The position numbers and the translations under genes are program-made. Positions 12,541-23,269 of a stretch of DNA of 64,000 nucleotides are shown piece by piece. Source of the DNA: Zygnema circumcarinatum SAG 698-1b (Eukaryota > Plantae > Zygnematophyceae). How positions within the stretch are numbered: the first letter of the stretch is position 1; the number at the start of each line of letters is the position of its first letter. The stretch spans positions 4,869,361-4,933,360 of the forward strand of contig CM074805.1 of the NCBI GenBank assembly GCA_037447605.1, written 5' to 3'. The notes beneath the pieces were generated by a model. The model ran no database searches. It was not told the DNA's origin and saw only the letters and a program-made list of their open reading frames with translations.

Positions 12541-13758
12541 CCTTTCATTATTACAATTTTTTTTTGCACGGGCGTGCAGCCCCTCTCTCCCCGCCCTCCG
12601 AAGCGAGAGCCAAAAGCAGAGAAAGGCAGGCCATGGCGGAGAGGCTCTTCAGAATCCATCGCTTCTCCCTCTCGATGAACCAATAAGAAGCCGAAGGGGG
12701 CGGAATACACCAATCCGGAGATTCTGTTCCAGGTATTTCTGTTAATCTGATTGTCTTTAGACATTTTTTTTATACGTCGCTCCTTTATTGGGTCACACTC
12801 GATTGTATCTCTCTCTCACTCTCGCTCTCTCTCTCTCTCTCTCTCCGTCCCCCCTCCTCCCTCCCCATTCCACTCTTTCGCTCTCTCATGTCGGCTGATG
12901 TTCACCTTGTTTCCCTTTCAACAACCCAGTCGCTTGTTGACAACTCTTAGGTCGTCCTTTCCTTTTTCCTTCTGAGTCTCCGTTCTTCGTTTCTTGTTCA
13001 ACACTTCTGATTTCTTCGTTCTTTGTCACAATCTTCTTTCCCCTAAAAACCTTTAAAAAAAAAACTTTTCCAGTCGACCGTTGGGACCAAAAAATCCACC
13101 CACCTCACGTCACGTCACGTCGGCGCAACTTGGAAAAAGGAAAATGCCTTTTTTTCTGCAAAGATTTGCGGGGCATTTTTGGGGCCTTCTTCGGCAAGCG
13201 TTTATTCACGTCGCATCAACAATTTCAGGTGGGTTTCCATGTTCTGATTTAATCAAGAAAGTGATAAAAAGTTTGCGATTCAGTCGGTAGATGTCGGAAG
13301 GAGGGGCTCTTCAAAAATAAATGAAATTATAATACTTAAGAAACGTAAGAAGAAAGGGAGTTCTGTCTTGCCTGAATCTTCCTTTCGACTTATTTTGTCG
13401 CTTTCTTTTGGTAAGTTACCGTGGCGCACTACTGATTCTGAATTGAATTGAATTTGGCTGTCTTTATTTACCAGCATGGGCCGCTGGCCTTCTTTACTCC
13501 GCCGACGATGAAATTCGTCGACTCGGGCTTTCAGGTGCTATAAATGAGAAACCCCAAAAATTAGGCTAAGGAAAAATGCCTATCTATCTGCATCCTGCAA
13601 GCAAACTTCACCAATAATTGAAGATTTGCAAAAATTGGACACAAAAGACTGTAATTTTTTTCAAGTTTACAGCCAATTGAGTTGAAGCATGCAAGCATTC
13701 TATCTCTTTCAATTGCAAAACTCAATGTAATAACTTTCATCAATTTGGTTTGTTTCAG

Positions 13759-14164
13759 GCCCCCTTGTAATCGAGCCCCACTTTATTTTGACATGGGAGG
13801 GATGGGGCACAAGCCTTTGCTGGTACTTTCCGTAAATTTTTATGCCTCCCATTCAGTTTCTGCCGCACTTTTGTACTATTTTTTCAATTTACTCAAATTG
13901 TCATCAATTGAATGAGTTACCTATGTTTCATTCATGTTGTCAAGTTTCTCCCCCTCTTGGAACTTGATATTCAGCTTATGTCCCTCTGTTCTCTTGCCCT
14001 CTTCCTGCTCTCTCTCCTTCCTCCTCTCTCTTCTCCTTCTCTTCCCTTTACTCACCTCCTCTCTCTCCATTCTCTACTCTCATCTTTCTCTTTACTCTCG
14101 TTTCACTCTCCTCTCTCTTCTCTCTTTATGTGCCCTCCACCTCCTTCCCCCCCATCTCTACCTG

Positions 14165-14237
<73 letters not shown>

Positions 14238-15921
14238 TATTTATTTAAGGCGTGTTTATCTTTTGGCAGGTGGGCCCACTTTTTGGGGGGCAGACCTCAG
14301 GCGGACTACGACAAGATTTTGGACCTTTTTTTCGACCCCAAAATCGGGCTCGGACTGAACATTGTTCGATACAACATTGGCGGCGGGCCCCCTCCCTCCG
14401 TCAAAGAAAATATTACATTCAAAGTCCCCTCTGAATTTAAAGCAATTCCCGGATTTAAGGAATCAGAGGCAGTTCCGTACGACTGGTCATCAGACGAAAA
14501 CCAGAGAAAAATTTTACTCGCTGCCCGGACCAGGGGAGTAAATATTGTTGAAGCATTTTCGAATTCGCCTCCGCATTGGATGACGATAACGGGCTCCTGC
14601 ACGGGCGGCTGGAATTTCGGAGCGGAAAATTTGAAAAATGAATATTTTACGCTTTTCGCCGATTACCTGACCGAGGTTGTAAAGTATTATAGGGACAATT
14701 TCGGAATTATTTTCCAATTTTTGGAGCCGTTCAATGAACCCGACGAGGGATGGTGGGTTGTTGGGGGGAGTCAAGAGGGTTGCAATTTTTCTCCGGGCAG
14801 CATGGACAAAATTTTGCCGTTGGTAGCCAAATCTTTGACCGAAAAGGGGCTCGAGACGAAAATAAGCGGCGTCGATTCTTGGGTCCAAAACACTCCCCGA
14901 ATTTTTGCTGCCTTTTCTCCGGAAACAGTTTCCGTAATACGGCAAATTAACGTGCATGGATATTACACGTTTTCACCTGACTCAAGCAGCCGAGGGGAAA
15001 AAAGACGCAATGCATTTTTTCGGAAAAAAATGCGAGAATTGGCAGCAGGGATGAAAAAGAGCCTGTGGCAGTCTGAGGCAGGGCCGATGAATCTCGGCGG
15101 CCAATCAGAGCTCAAAGTGGCCCTCCAAATTGCGCTGAATGTCACAATGGACATTAACCAGGTAGGTAATTGGATGACCCTTCCTTTTTTTTTTTTTTTT
15201 TTGAGGTGTTTTGTATTTTTGGGCATGTATAAGAGGGCAATGTTGTTATTTTTTATGATATCAGATGCATGCGAGGGCGTGGATCTACTGGCAAGCATTG
15301 GAAGTTCCAAGTGGCAACTATTGGGGTCTCATAAAGGCGCCGTTTTCTCGGTCGGAGCCGTTCAGTTTCAGTATTCAAAAACAGTTCTATGTTCTCATGC
15401 ACTTCTCCAGGTGCCTCCTCCTCCTCCTACAAACTATCGTTTTTGGATCAACGAATGGCTGTGAAAACTATTTTTCTATGGAAAGGAGAGAGAGGGGGGG
15501 GGAGGGAGGGAGAGGCCATTTTGTGTGTGCACTCTACTGGGTGTGTTTTCACACTTCTACCCCCTTTTTTCCGGTGTTTTGCAGATGGGTTCGGGCTGGA
15601 AGCAAAATTTTGAAGGTGCCCGTGGCGCTAGATGACCACGTATTGGCCGCATTTGACCCGGAAAAGTCTATTTTGGTCATTGTGGTGACTAACATCAGCC
15701 AGGAGTCCCCTTTGGCCCCCACTCTGCAGCTGCGAGGGTTCGGGTCCACCCCGGATGGGGCCAAAGTCAAAGTCAACGCGTTTTGCACTTCGGCGACGGC
15801 CAACTATTCGCCGGTGCAGCCTGCCGCTGACGTGTGCCCTCTTCCAGGGGCACTCCAAGTCAACTGCCCGAAAGAAGCCATCATGACATACGTCCTGCAT
15901 GATGTGCGCCTTTTAGAGTAG
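13759..15921 (+). CDS. GH30 subfamily 5 endo-beta-1,6-galactanase-like protein B; exons 13759-13822, 14270-15161, 15265-15410, 15585-15921; 5' exon(s) unresolved
   Basis: WEGWGTSLCWWAHFLGG, LGLNIVRYNIGGG, FSNSPPHWM, LEPFNEPDEGWW...QEGCNF, NVHGY, LWQSE, AWIYWQ...YWG. Intron positions and phases match gene A. Candidate upstream exons ~13284-13410 and 13475-13534 encode a hydrophobic segment, but no start ATG was found. Confidence 0.88.
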
Positions 15922-15931
15922 GGTGTGGCCG

Positions 15932-15968
15932 AATGCACATGCACATGCACATGCGCATGCACATGCAC
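15932..15968. repeat. (TGCACA)n hexamer repeat just after the GH30-B stop
   Basis: tgcacatgcacatgcacatgcgcatgcacatgcacat. Confidence 0.8.
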
Positions 15969-16557
15969 ATTAGACAGACCGGTCGATGTACATATGTACT
16001 TTCAAACAAAACTTCAGGGGCTTTCCGTTTATTATTTTGCTCGTTTTTTTTGTTCAGCCTTCGCCCCTTCGGAAACTGCTGCCTATGTAGTTAATAATGC
16101 ACTGGAGTCCAAAACTGGCCTTAATTGGGCAGTGCCGGTTCGACCGAGGGTGTAAGGCACTGAAGGGGCCCAAGGGGTAGGGGTGTACATTAGAACGTAG
16201 TGTCGTGTATTATAAGTCCAATAAAAATTTCTAAAAATCAGGCCGTTTTATAAAACAATTTTAGAATGGCCGTACAGTCATTGTAATCCGCACGTATACA
16301 CATTTGTACACGTGGCGTGTCTCAATTCCTGGTATTGGCGAGTTAGGTCCGGACCGGGCTTAAACTTAGCAGACGCAGCAGCAGAAGCAGCAGCAAGAGC
16401 AACAAGAGCAGCAGAAGAAGCAGAAGCAGAAGACAACGGAACCGAAAGGGTGCCGTACACTGCCGTACAGAAATGTACGAAAATGCAAGTACAATACAGT
16501 ACTGTACATCTTGTGGCAGGGCAGACGCACTCTTTAGGGTTTCGACCTTTTTTTTAT

Positions 16558-16712
16558 AAAATAAAATCTGCCCGACGGAAAAAGGTGTGTATCGATTCCA
16601 AAAAGGTTTGGAAAATGTATTTTCCGTTTTTAAACCTTTTCTGTCGGTTTTAAAATCTGCCCATTGAAAAATGGGGAGTGTCGATCCAAAAAAGGGATGG
16701 ACTTATCACTAC
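16558..16712 (+). mobile_element. Diverged solo copy of the TIR of the 18984-20022 element
   Basis: ataaaatctgcccgacggaaaaaggtgtgtatcgattccaaaaagg...gatccaaaaaagggatggacttatcactac aligns by eye with the right TIR at ~19880-20020. Confidence 0.7.
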
Positions 16713-17163
16713 TATATAGTTCGGTACTATACACTTTGAGGTTTGTGGGGCGCAGCACCATTGGCGACCTTTGCGGCTGCTTCTAGTGCCGTGTTGTTGA
16801 GCCTAGAAGCAGATTTCCATTTCGAGGCTTTCTCTTTGTCCTTCTGTCCCTTGTGACAGCTTCTTCTGGTTCCCTATGTCGATTTTATCCATGTACATTA
16901 TTTGATGGCCTTGCCATCGTGAGTTCAATCAAACATCATTCCCTTTGAGGTTCGATACAATGTATAATACAGTATTAATACACTGTATAAAACCCAAACG
17001 CAACTGTAACATCCGTACAAAGCAGACATAGAGTCGTACGAAATTTATGTACGAAATTGTACGGCCCAAGTCACACGTGTTCAGGTGCTAGTTGGCCTAT
17101 AATCAATCTCCGTTCAATTAACGAGGAATCAAAAGAAAATACGTTAAATACATATTAAATACA

Positions 17164-17971
17164 GGGGGCGACTATTTACAGCGTACGTTTTCTGAATGTA
17201 GTGTACGTTTTCGCCGGGCAACAAAAAAATCCTTTTTTTGGCTGCCCGGCGCTGTTTCATACTTTTCAGAATAGATACAGACCTTTTTTCGTCGGATGTA
17301 CGGATGGTGATTTGAAATGTACGAAGCGCGCGCGTCTACAAGGTATAAGGGCGCAACACGTGGAGCGACATGATTGGTCGCGGCAGCATATGACGTGGCA
17401 AGTATGTTTGGGACCGTGACGTGACGAAACGAGACGCGAAAAAAGTGGAGTCCGCGGACGGCAGTCGGAAATGGCGGGAATTAAAACTGACAGATTTTCC
17501 TGAAACACGCTACGTTATGTGCCCTATCTTTTTCTGTCAGTTTTAATTCCAGCCATTTCCGACTGCCGTCCNNNNNNNNNNGCTGGAATTAAAACTGACA
17601 GAAAAAGATAGGGCACATAACGTAGCGTGTTTCAGGAAAATCTGTCAGTTTTAATTCCCGCCATTTCCGACTGCCGTCCGCAGACTCCACTTATTTCGCG
17701 TCTCGTTTCGTCACGTCACGGTACCAAACATACTTGCCACGTCATATGCTGCCGCGACCAATCATGTTGCTCCACGTGTTGCGCCTTTATACCTTATAGA
17801 CGCGCGCGCTTCGTACATTTCAAATCACCATCCGTACATCCGACGAAAAAAGGTCTGTATCTATTCTGAAAAGTATGAAACAGCATTTTTCGCCAAAAAA
17901 AACCTTTTTTTTGCTGCCTGGCGAAAACGTACACTACATTCAGAAAAAGGACACTGTAAATAGTCGCCCCC
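17164..17971. mobile_element. Foldback (long palindromic) non-autonomous element with a scaffold gap at its centre
   Basis: Termini GGGGGCGACTATTTACAG...CTGTAAATAGTCGCCCCC. The arms of ~330 bp are near-identical in opposite orientation, and ORFs 17266-17508(-) and 17627-17869(+) translate almost identically. No clear TSD and no transposase. Confidence 0.8.
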
Positions 17972-18578
17972 AAAATAAAAAAAGGAAAATATGGTCTGAG
18001 CGCGGACTGGGATTTTTCTGACAAAAAAATAAAAATCCAGCGAGCAGCCAATCAAAGGCCGTCTAGAGATTCGATACTGTTCGTACTATTTCTGTTGCAC
18101 CTGTACGGTTCCACAGCTGGCAGCTGCCCGTCTCTCAGCTAGCAGGAGAGACAGCTGTCCAGCATCCTGAGGGTCAAAATCTCAGACCAAGCCCGCGTCA
18201 AAAAACATTTGAAGGCCAAAAAAGTTACATTGGAAATGATTCCTCAAAACGAGGAATCCCCCCTTGTTTTCTCCTTCTCACACATCAGCGCAACGTCCGT
18301 AAAGACATTCGCAAAGAGAGAGCAGAGCAGAGACGAGAGGGAGAGAGAGAGAGAGATAGGGAGAGCGAGAGAGAGCAGAGGGGAGAGAGAATGAACAGAG
18401 GAGAGAGAGACTAGCGAGAGGAAGGAGAGAGAGAGAGAGCAGAGGAGAAAAAGACTAGAGGAGAGAGCAGAGGAGAGAGAGAGAGAGCAGAGTGAGAGCA
18501 GAGGAGAGAGAGACTAGAGGAGAGAACAGAGGAGAGAGCAAAGGAGCGAGAGAGAATGAGCAGAATCTCCTCCCGAAA

Positions 18579-18690
18579 TATCCAAAATGGGGGGATAGCC
18601 AAAATGGGAGGGGGCGGAATAGCCAAAATGGGAGAGTGGGATTTCAAAAAAACAGGGGCGGGGTAACCAAAATTGGGGGGCGGTATATAG
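18579..18690. repeat. Four copies of a TA[G/T/A]CCAAAAT(G/T)GGG motif, probably TE subterminal repeats
   Basis: tatccaaaatggggg / tagccaaaatgggag (x2) / taaccaaaattgggg. Confidence 0.55.
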
Positions 18691-18983
18691 TTCCCCAAAG
18701 TTACCTTAGAGAAGCGGATTGAGGCAATGAATTATTTGTTGGATAGGATTTTATTCTGCCCGAAAAAATAAAAATTACCGAACTGGTCGCTTTTCCGTGA
18801 AATTATTCTTGATTCCGAAGTTGTGCCAGCCCTGGCGCCCGCCCGGGGGGCCGCGGCCACCGGGCCGTGGGCTGTCGTTTTCTGTCCGTACGTCGATTTG
18901 TGCAAACGCGACAAATAAGAATTTCTGACTAGGGATTGACATTTGTTCGTAGGAGCGACTTTTCGATTTTTAGATTATTAATA

Positions 18984-20022
18984 GGGTAGTGTTATTTCCA
19001 CCCCTTTTTTGGATCAAAACACCCCTTCCCGGCCGGGCAGATTTCAAAAAGGATTAAAAACGGAAAATGCTTTTTTCACACCTTTTTTGAATCGATACCC
19101 ACCCTCCGTCGGCAGATTTTATTTTTGCGAAACAAGGAAAATGACAACCCGTCACCCCATTTTGAATATCCCGCCTCCCTGAATTTGTTTTCACGCGTGC
19201 GGTCAATCGCAGCCGTCGATTCTCTCGCAGACCGTAACGAGGCAGATCACTTATAGGGGGTCTCAGACTTAAAAAACGATTACCAATTACCAAGCTGTAC
19301 GATTACCAAGTTTTGTTTAAGTCTGAGACCCCCTATTTGCTCTGCAGCCGGGCTCGGTCACAGCGAATGGCACGTGCCCACGTATCCCGCCAAAGTCGTC
19401 TCAAAAAGTGTTTTCGTACAAATGTCGTACGGTCGCAACTTTGAGGAACCCAAAATTTCGTACAGTGAGAGCTTGACCAATCAAAGTTTTCCACGTCAAA
19501 AATATAACACGTGGCAAATGTTGATTGGCTGGCAGCCGACAAGAAAGTACGAGACCTCGGGCCAAAGGACGCGCGCACTCGCACGTGCGATCCTGCTTTG
19601 AACGAGACTCGTGGGCGCTTTCACATTCGCTAAGACCGAGACCGGCTGCAGATCGAACGGTGATCTGCAGTGGTGCGATCTGCGAGGGAATCGACAGCTG
19701 CGATTGACACCTACGTGTGAAGGACGGACACCCGCGAACGATCTCGTGGCGGACGGATCTTCCGCTCCAAGCGGATTCGGGCAGGCAGATATTTCTTTCC
19801 ATCAAAAAAAAAAATTCAGGGAGGCGGGATACAGTATTCAAAATGTGGTGACGGGGTATCATTTTCCTTGGTTAGCAAAAATAAAATCAGCCGACGGACG
19901 AAGGTGGGTATCGATTCCAAAAAGGTGTGAAAAAAGCATTTTCCGTTTTTAATCCCTTTTGAAATCTGCGAAGCCGGGAAGGGGTGTTTGGATCCAAAAA
20001 AGGGGTGGAAATATCACTACCC
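18984..20022. mobile_element. Non-autonomous DNA transposon with long TIRs (MULE-like/foldback MITE), ~1.04 kb
   Basis: Termini GGGTAGTG...CACTACCC. Imperfect TIRs of ~210 bp (18984-19196 / 19812-20022), with further inverted homology at 19190-19250 / ~19660-19721. No coding capacity; a 9-bp TSD is not evident in the AT-rich flanks. Confidence 0.75.
19256..19333. mobile_element. 78-bp miniature inverted-repeat element nested in the MULE-like element
   Basis: GGGGGTCTCAGACTTAAA...TTTAAGTCTGAGACCCCC, flanked by TA on both sides. Confidence 0.7.
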
Positions 20023-20454
20023 AAAAATAAACAGGTCTAATTCAATGAGAGTGGTATGTGGTATGTGGTACATTGCAGGGCTGCCTGAAAATACCGACAA
20101 AATCCCGCCCGGGCGCGACGAAATCTCGAGAAAAGCCACCGTCCTATTCGCGACAGAAAATCATCAATTTTTGACACGTCTCGCATGCTGGTTGGTCGCA
20201 TTGCACGGAGCGCCCGTGGCCACACCTACGACTTTGTTGTTTTAAATGAAGACTGCCACGTCATTACGAATCTTCAAAAACCAGAAACAGAAAAGCACGA
20301 CTTGCTTGACTGTCGTTTAGCGTCCGTACGGTATAAACGAACGTACTGTACAGTACTGTAGAGTAGGACCCCGTCATATTTTCCACCATCAAAAGTGCGT
20401 CCCCAAGAAATTCGCCCCGATTTTGCCGAAACCACCTTTTTGTACGGTAACTTG

Positions 20455-20825
20455 TGTTAGCCGTACTATTCGTACTAACCGTACTAACCGTACTAACCGT
20501 ACTTCCCGTACTAGCTGTACTAGCCGTCACGGGCTTACGCAAAAGCGGCAAAACTCACCTATTCTCCCCGCATGTGCCGCCGTAAGAGGCGCTCGCTCTT
20601 CTCCACTTCTTCTTGGCTTCGATACGATACGATACGCTCCGATACGGTACTATCCGTACTAGCCGTACGAGCTGTAGTAGCCGGGCTCGAAGCTTTTTGG
20701 TTTGCTGCCTCAGTAAACGCTAAGGCGTGCTTCATGTACTGTATGCGGTTTGCCACGATACGCTACGGTACGACGCGGTGCGATATTAAAGCAAACGATA
20801 TGATACGATACGATACGATATGTAC
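20455..20825. repeat. Short tandem repeats (CCGTACTA[A/G])n and (GATAC)n
   Basis: cgtactaaccgtactaaccgtactaaccgtact at ~20471-20503; gatacgatacgatac at ~20621 and ~20798-20820. Confidence 0.7.
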
Positions 20826-20887
20826 GGACATACATGAACTCTAACATAATTCCGCTCGCCTATTGGTAACACGGACCTTATATTTGC

Positions 20888-21774
<887 letters not shown>

Positions 21775-21817
21775 CAGAAGGGCGCGCAGGGCGAGCGAGT
21801 GAGACCCTACTCGCAGC

Positions 21818-23269
21818 ATGACGACCTGGATCCCGACGAAGGAGAATGGCGAAGTCTCCCGCAATCCATGGCGGCTGACCTCCATTCTTCTGGCCGTCGC
21901 GATGCTGCTCTATGCGGGCATCGCCTTCATCGGGTACAGCTTCCTGCGCTCGCGGCCATTGGAGGGGCCGCCGGCCGCACAGTGGCCCATGGCGGGGGGG
22001 CACAGGAGGGAGGGGGAGCTCTCGGAGCAGCTGCACCGCCTGCTGGTCGCGCAGGGCCTGGCGGGGCCGCGGGCGGGGAGGGAGAGGGAGAGGGAGAGGG
22101 AGGCGAGGCTGAAAGTGATGGTGGTCAACAGCGTTCCGTGGCACAACGAGGTCGTGTTCTGGCTCGTGTACACGCTCCGATTGGTTCCGAATTTGGATCT
22201 GACGGCGTACAATAACTGGAAGAAGTACGGGGCGAAGCAGTTTGTGGAGAAGATCGATTGGCCAAAAAAGTTCAAGATTCGACCCATCGCCGACTTTGAA
22301 GCTGAGGTCTCCGCTGAGAATAATAGTCCTGACGTGCTGTTTCTGGCTACCTGTGGGAATGATATGGTGAATATCGGCGCGAATTTGACGAAGATGCTAA
22401 TGCTGAACCCTAATTTGAGATTGATCTGTATCAGCCATCATCCTGAGCTTATCTTAGACAACGCCGAAGCGCTTCTGCCTTTTGCGAAGGCTAAAGCGCT
22501 GACTTTCATCAGCTTGGCGCCTCATGTAGCGGAATTTGTGAGAAAAAATATCATTCCTGATCTGGTGCAGACCTCTCCTCATTTCGCCCATGTTCCAAAC
22601 CTGCATGCTGCTGCCACCTTCATATATGAGCCCATGTTTCCCTGCCCTCGAGACATGTCGGAAGTCTACCCCGCCGATTTTCCGAAAGGCACTTCTTGTT
22701 TTAGCGACTTTGCCATTCAGGGAAAGGTGGAACTTCACCGACGAAATTACACGCGAGTACTTCGAGGACTGAGTGAGAAGCTGAAAAAGCGACCAAAAAA
22801 GTGGCAATCTTTTCATCTCAACCTGTTGGGGGTCAGTGAGCCGAACACGACGCTTCCGAAACTTTTTGGTAAGAAGTTGAGGTTTTTCGACGGGCTTGAT
22901 TACAAGGAGTTTTATGGGAAGCTGCATCATAATGCAGCTTTGTTGCCGGCATTTCGTTTGGAAGCTTATTACCTCAATATCTCGACCTCCACAGCAGCCG
23001 CTTCACTCATCTCAGGTGTTCCCATCATAGCGGATCAGAGGTTCCTCAAGACTTACAATTTCTTCGAGGAGGATAATGTCTATCTGCAGGAGGAGGGTGA
23101 GGCTGAAGCGGACACAATTGAGCGGATTAGGAGTTTAAGTATGGCTGAAGTCGTAGAAAGGAAGACGAGGCTCGCTGAATTAAACCTGAGGTTGATTATA
23201 AAAAATGTCCACCAGTTTAGGTCACTTATCAGAGGAGAGGACGTGCACAAAATGATACCTGCTGTCTAA
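21818..23269 (+). CDS. Intronless type II membrane protein, putative GT-B-fold glycosyltransferase, 483 aa
   Basis: Short cytosolic tail, one TM (ILLAVAMLLYAGIAFIGYSFL), a stem, then a globular alpha/beta domain. Motifs VMVVNSVPWHNEV, ICISHHP, ISLAPHV, FAIQGKVELHRRNY and a C-terminal LLPAF..AYY..STSTAAASLISGVPIIAD resemble the donor-binding helix of GT-B enzymes. The family is not assigned. Confidence 0.6.
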   Translation: MTTWIPTKENGEVSRNPWRLTSILLAVAMLLYAGIAFIGYSFLRSRPLEGPPAAQWPMAGGHRREGELSEQLHRLLVAQGLAGPRAGREREREREARLKVMVVNSVPWHNEVVFWLVYTLRLVPNLDLTAYNNWKKYGAKQFVEKIDWPKKFKIRPIADFEAEVSAENNSPDVLFLATCGNDMVNIGANLTKMLMLNPNLRLICISHHPELILDNAEALLPFAKAKALTFISLAPHVAEFVRKNIIPDLVQTSPHFAHVPNLHAAATFIYEPMFPCPRDMSEVYPADFPKGTSCFSDFAIQGKVELHRRNYTRVLRGLSEKLKKRPKKWQSFHLNLLGVSEPNTTLPKLFGKKLRFFDGLDYKEFYGKLHHNAALLPAFRLEAYYLNISTSTAAASLISGVPIIADQRFLKTYNFFEEDNVYLQEEGEAEADTIERIRSLSMAEVVERKTRLAELNLRLIIKNVHQFRSLIRGEDVHKMIPAV

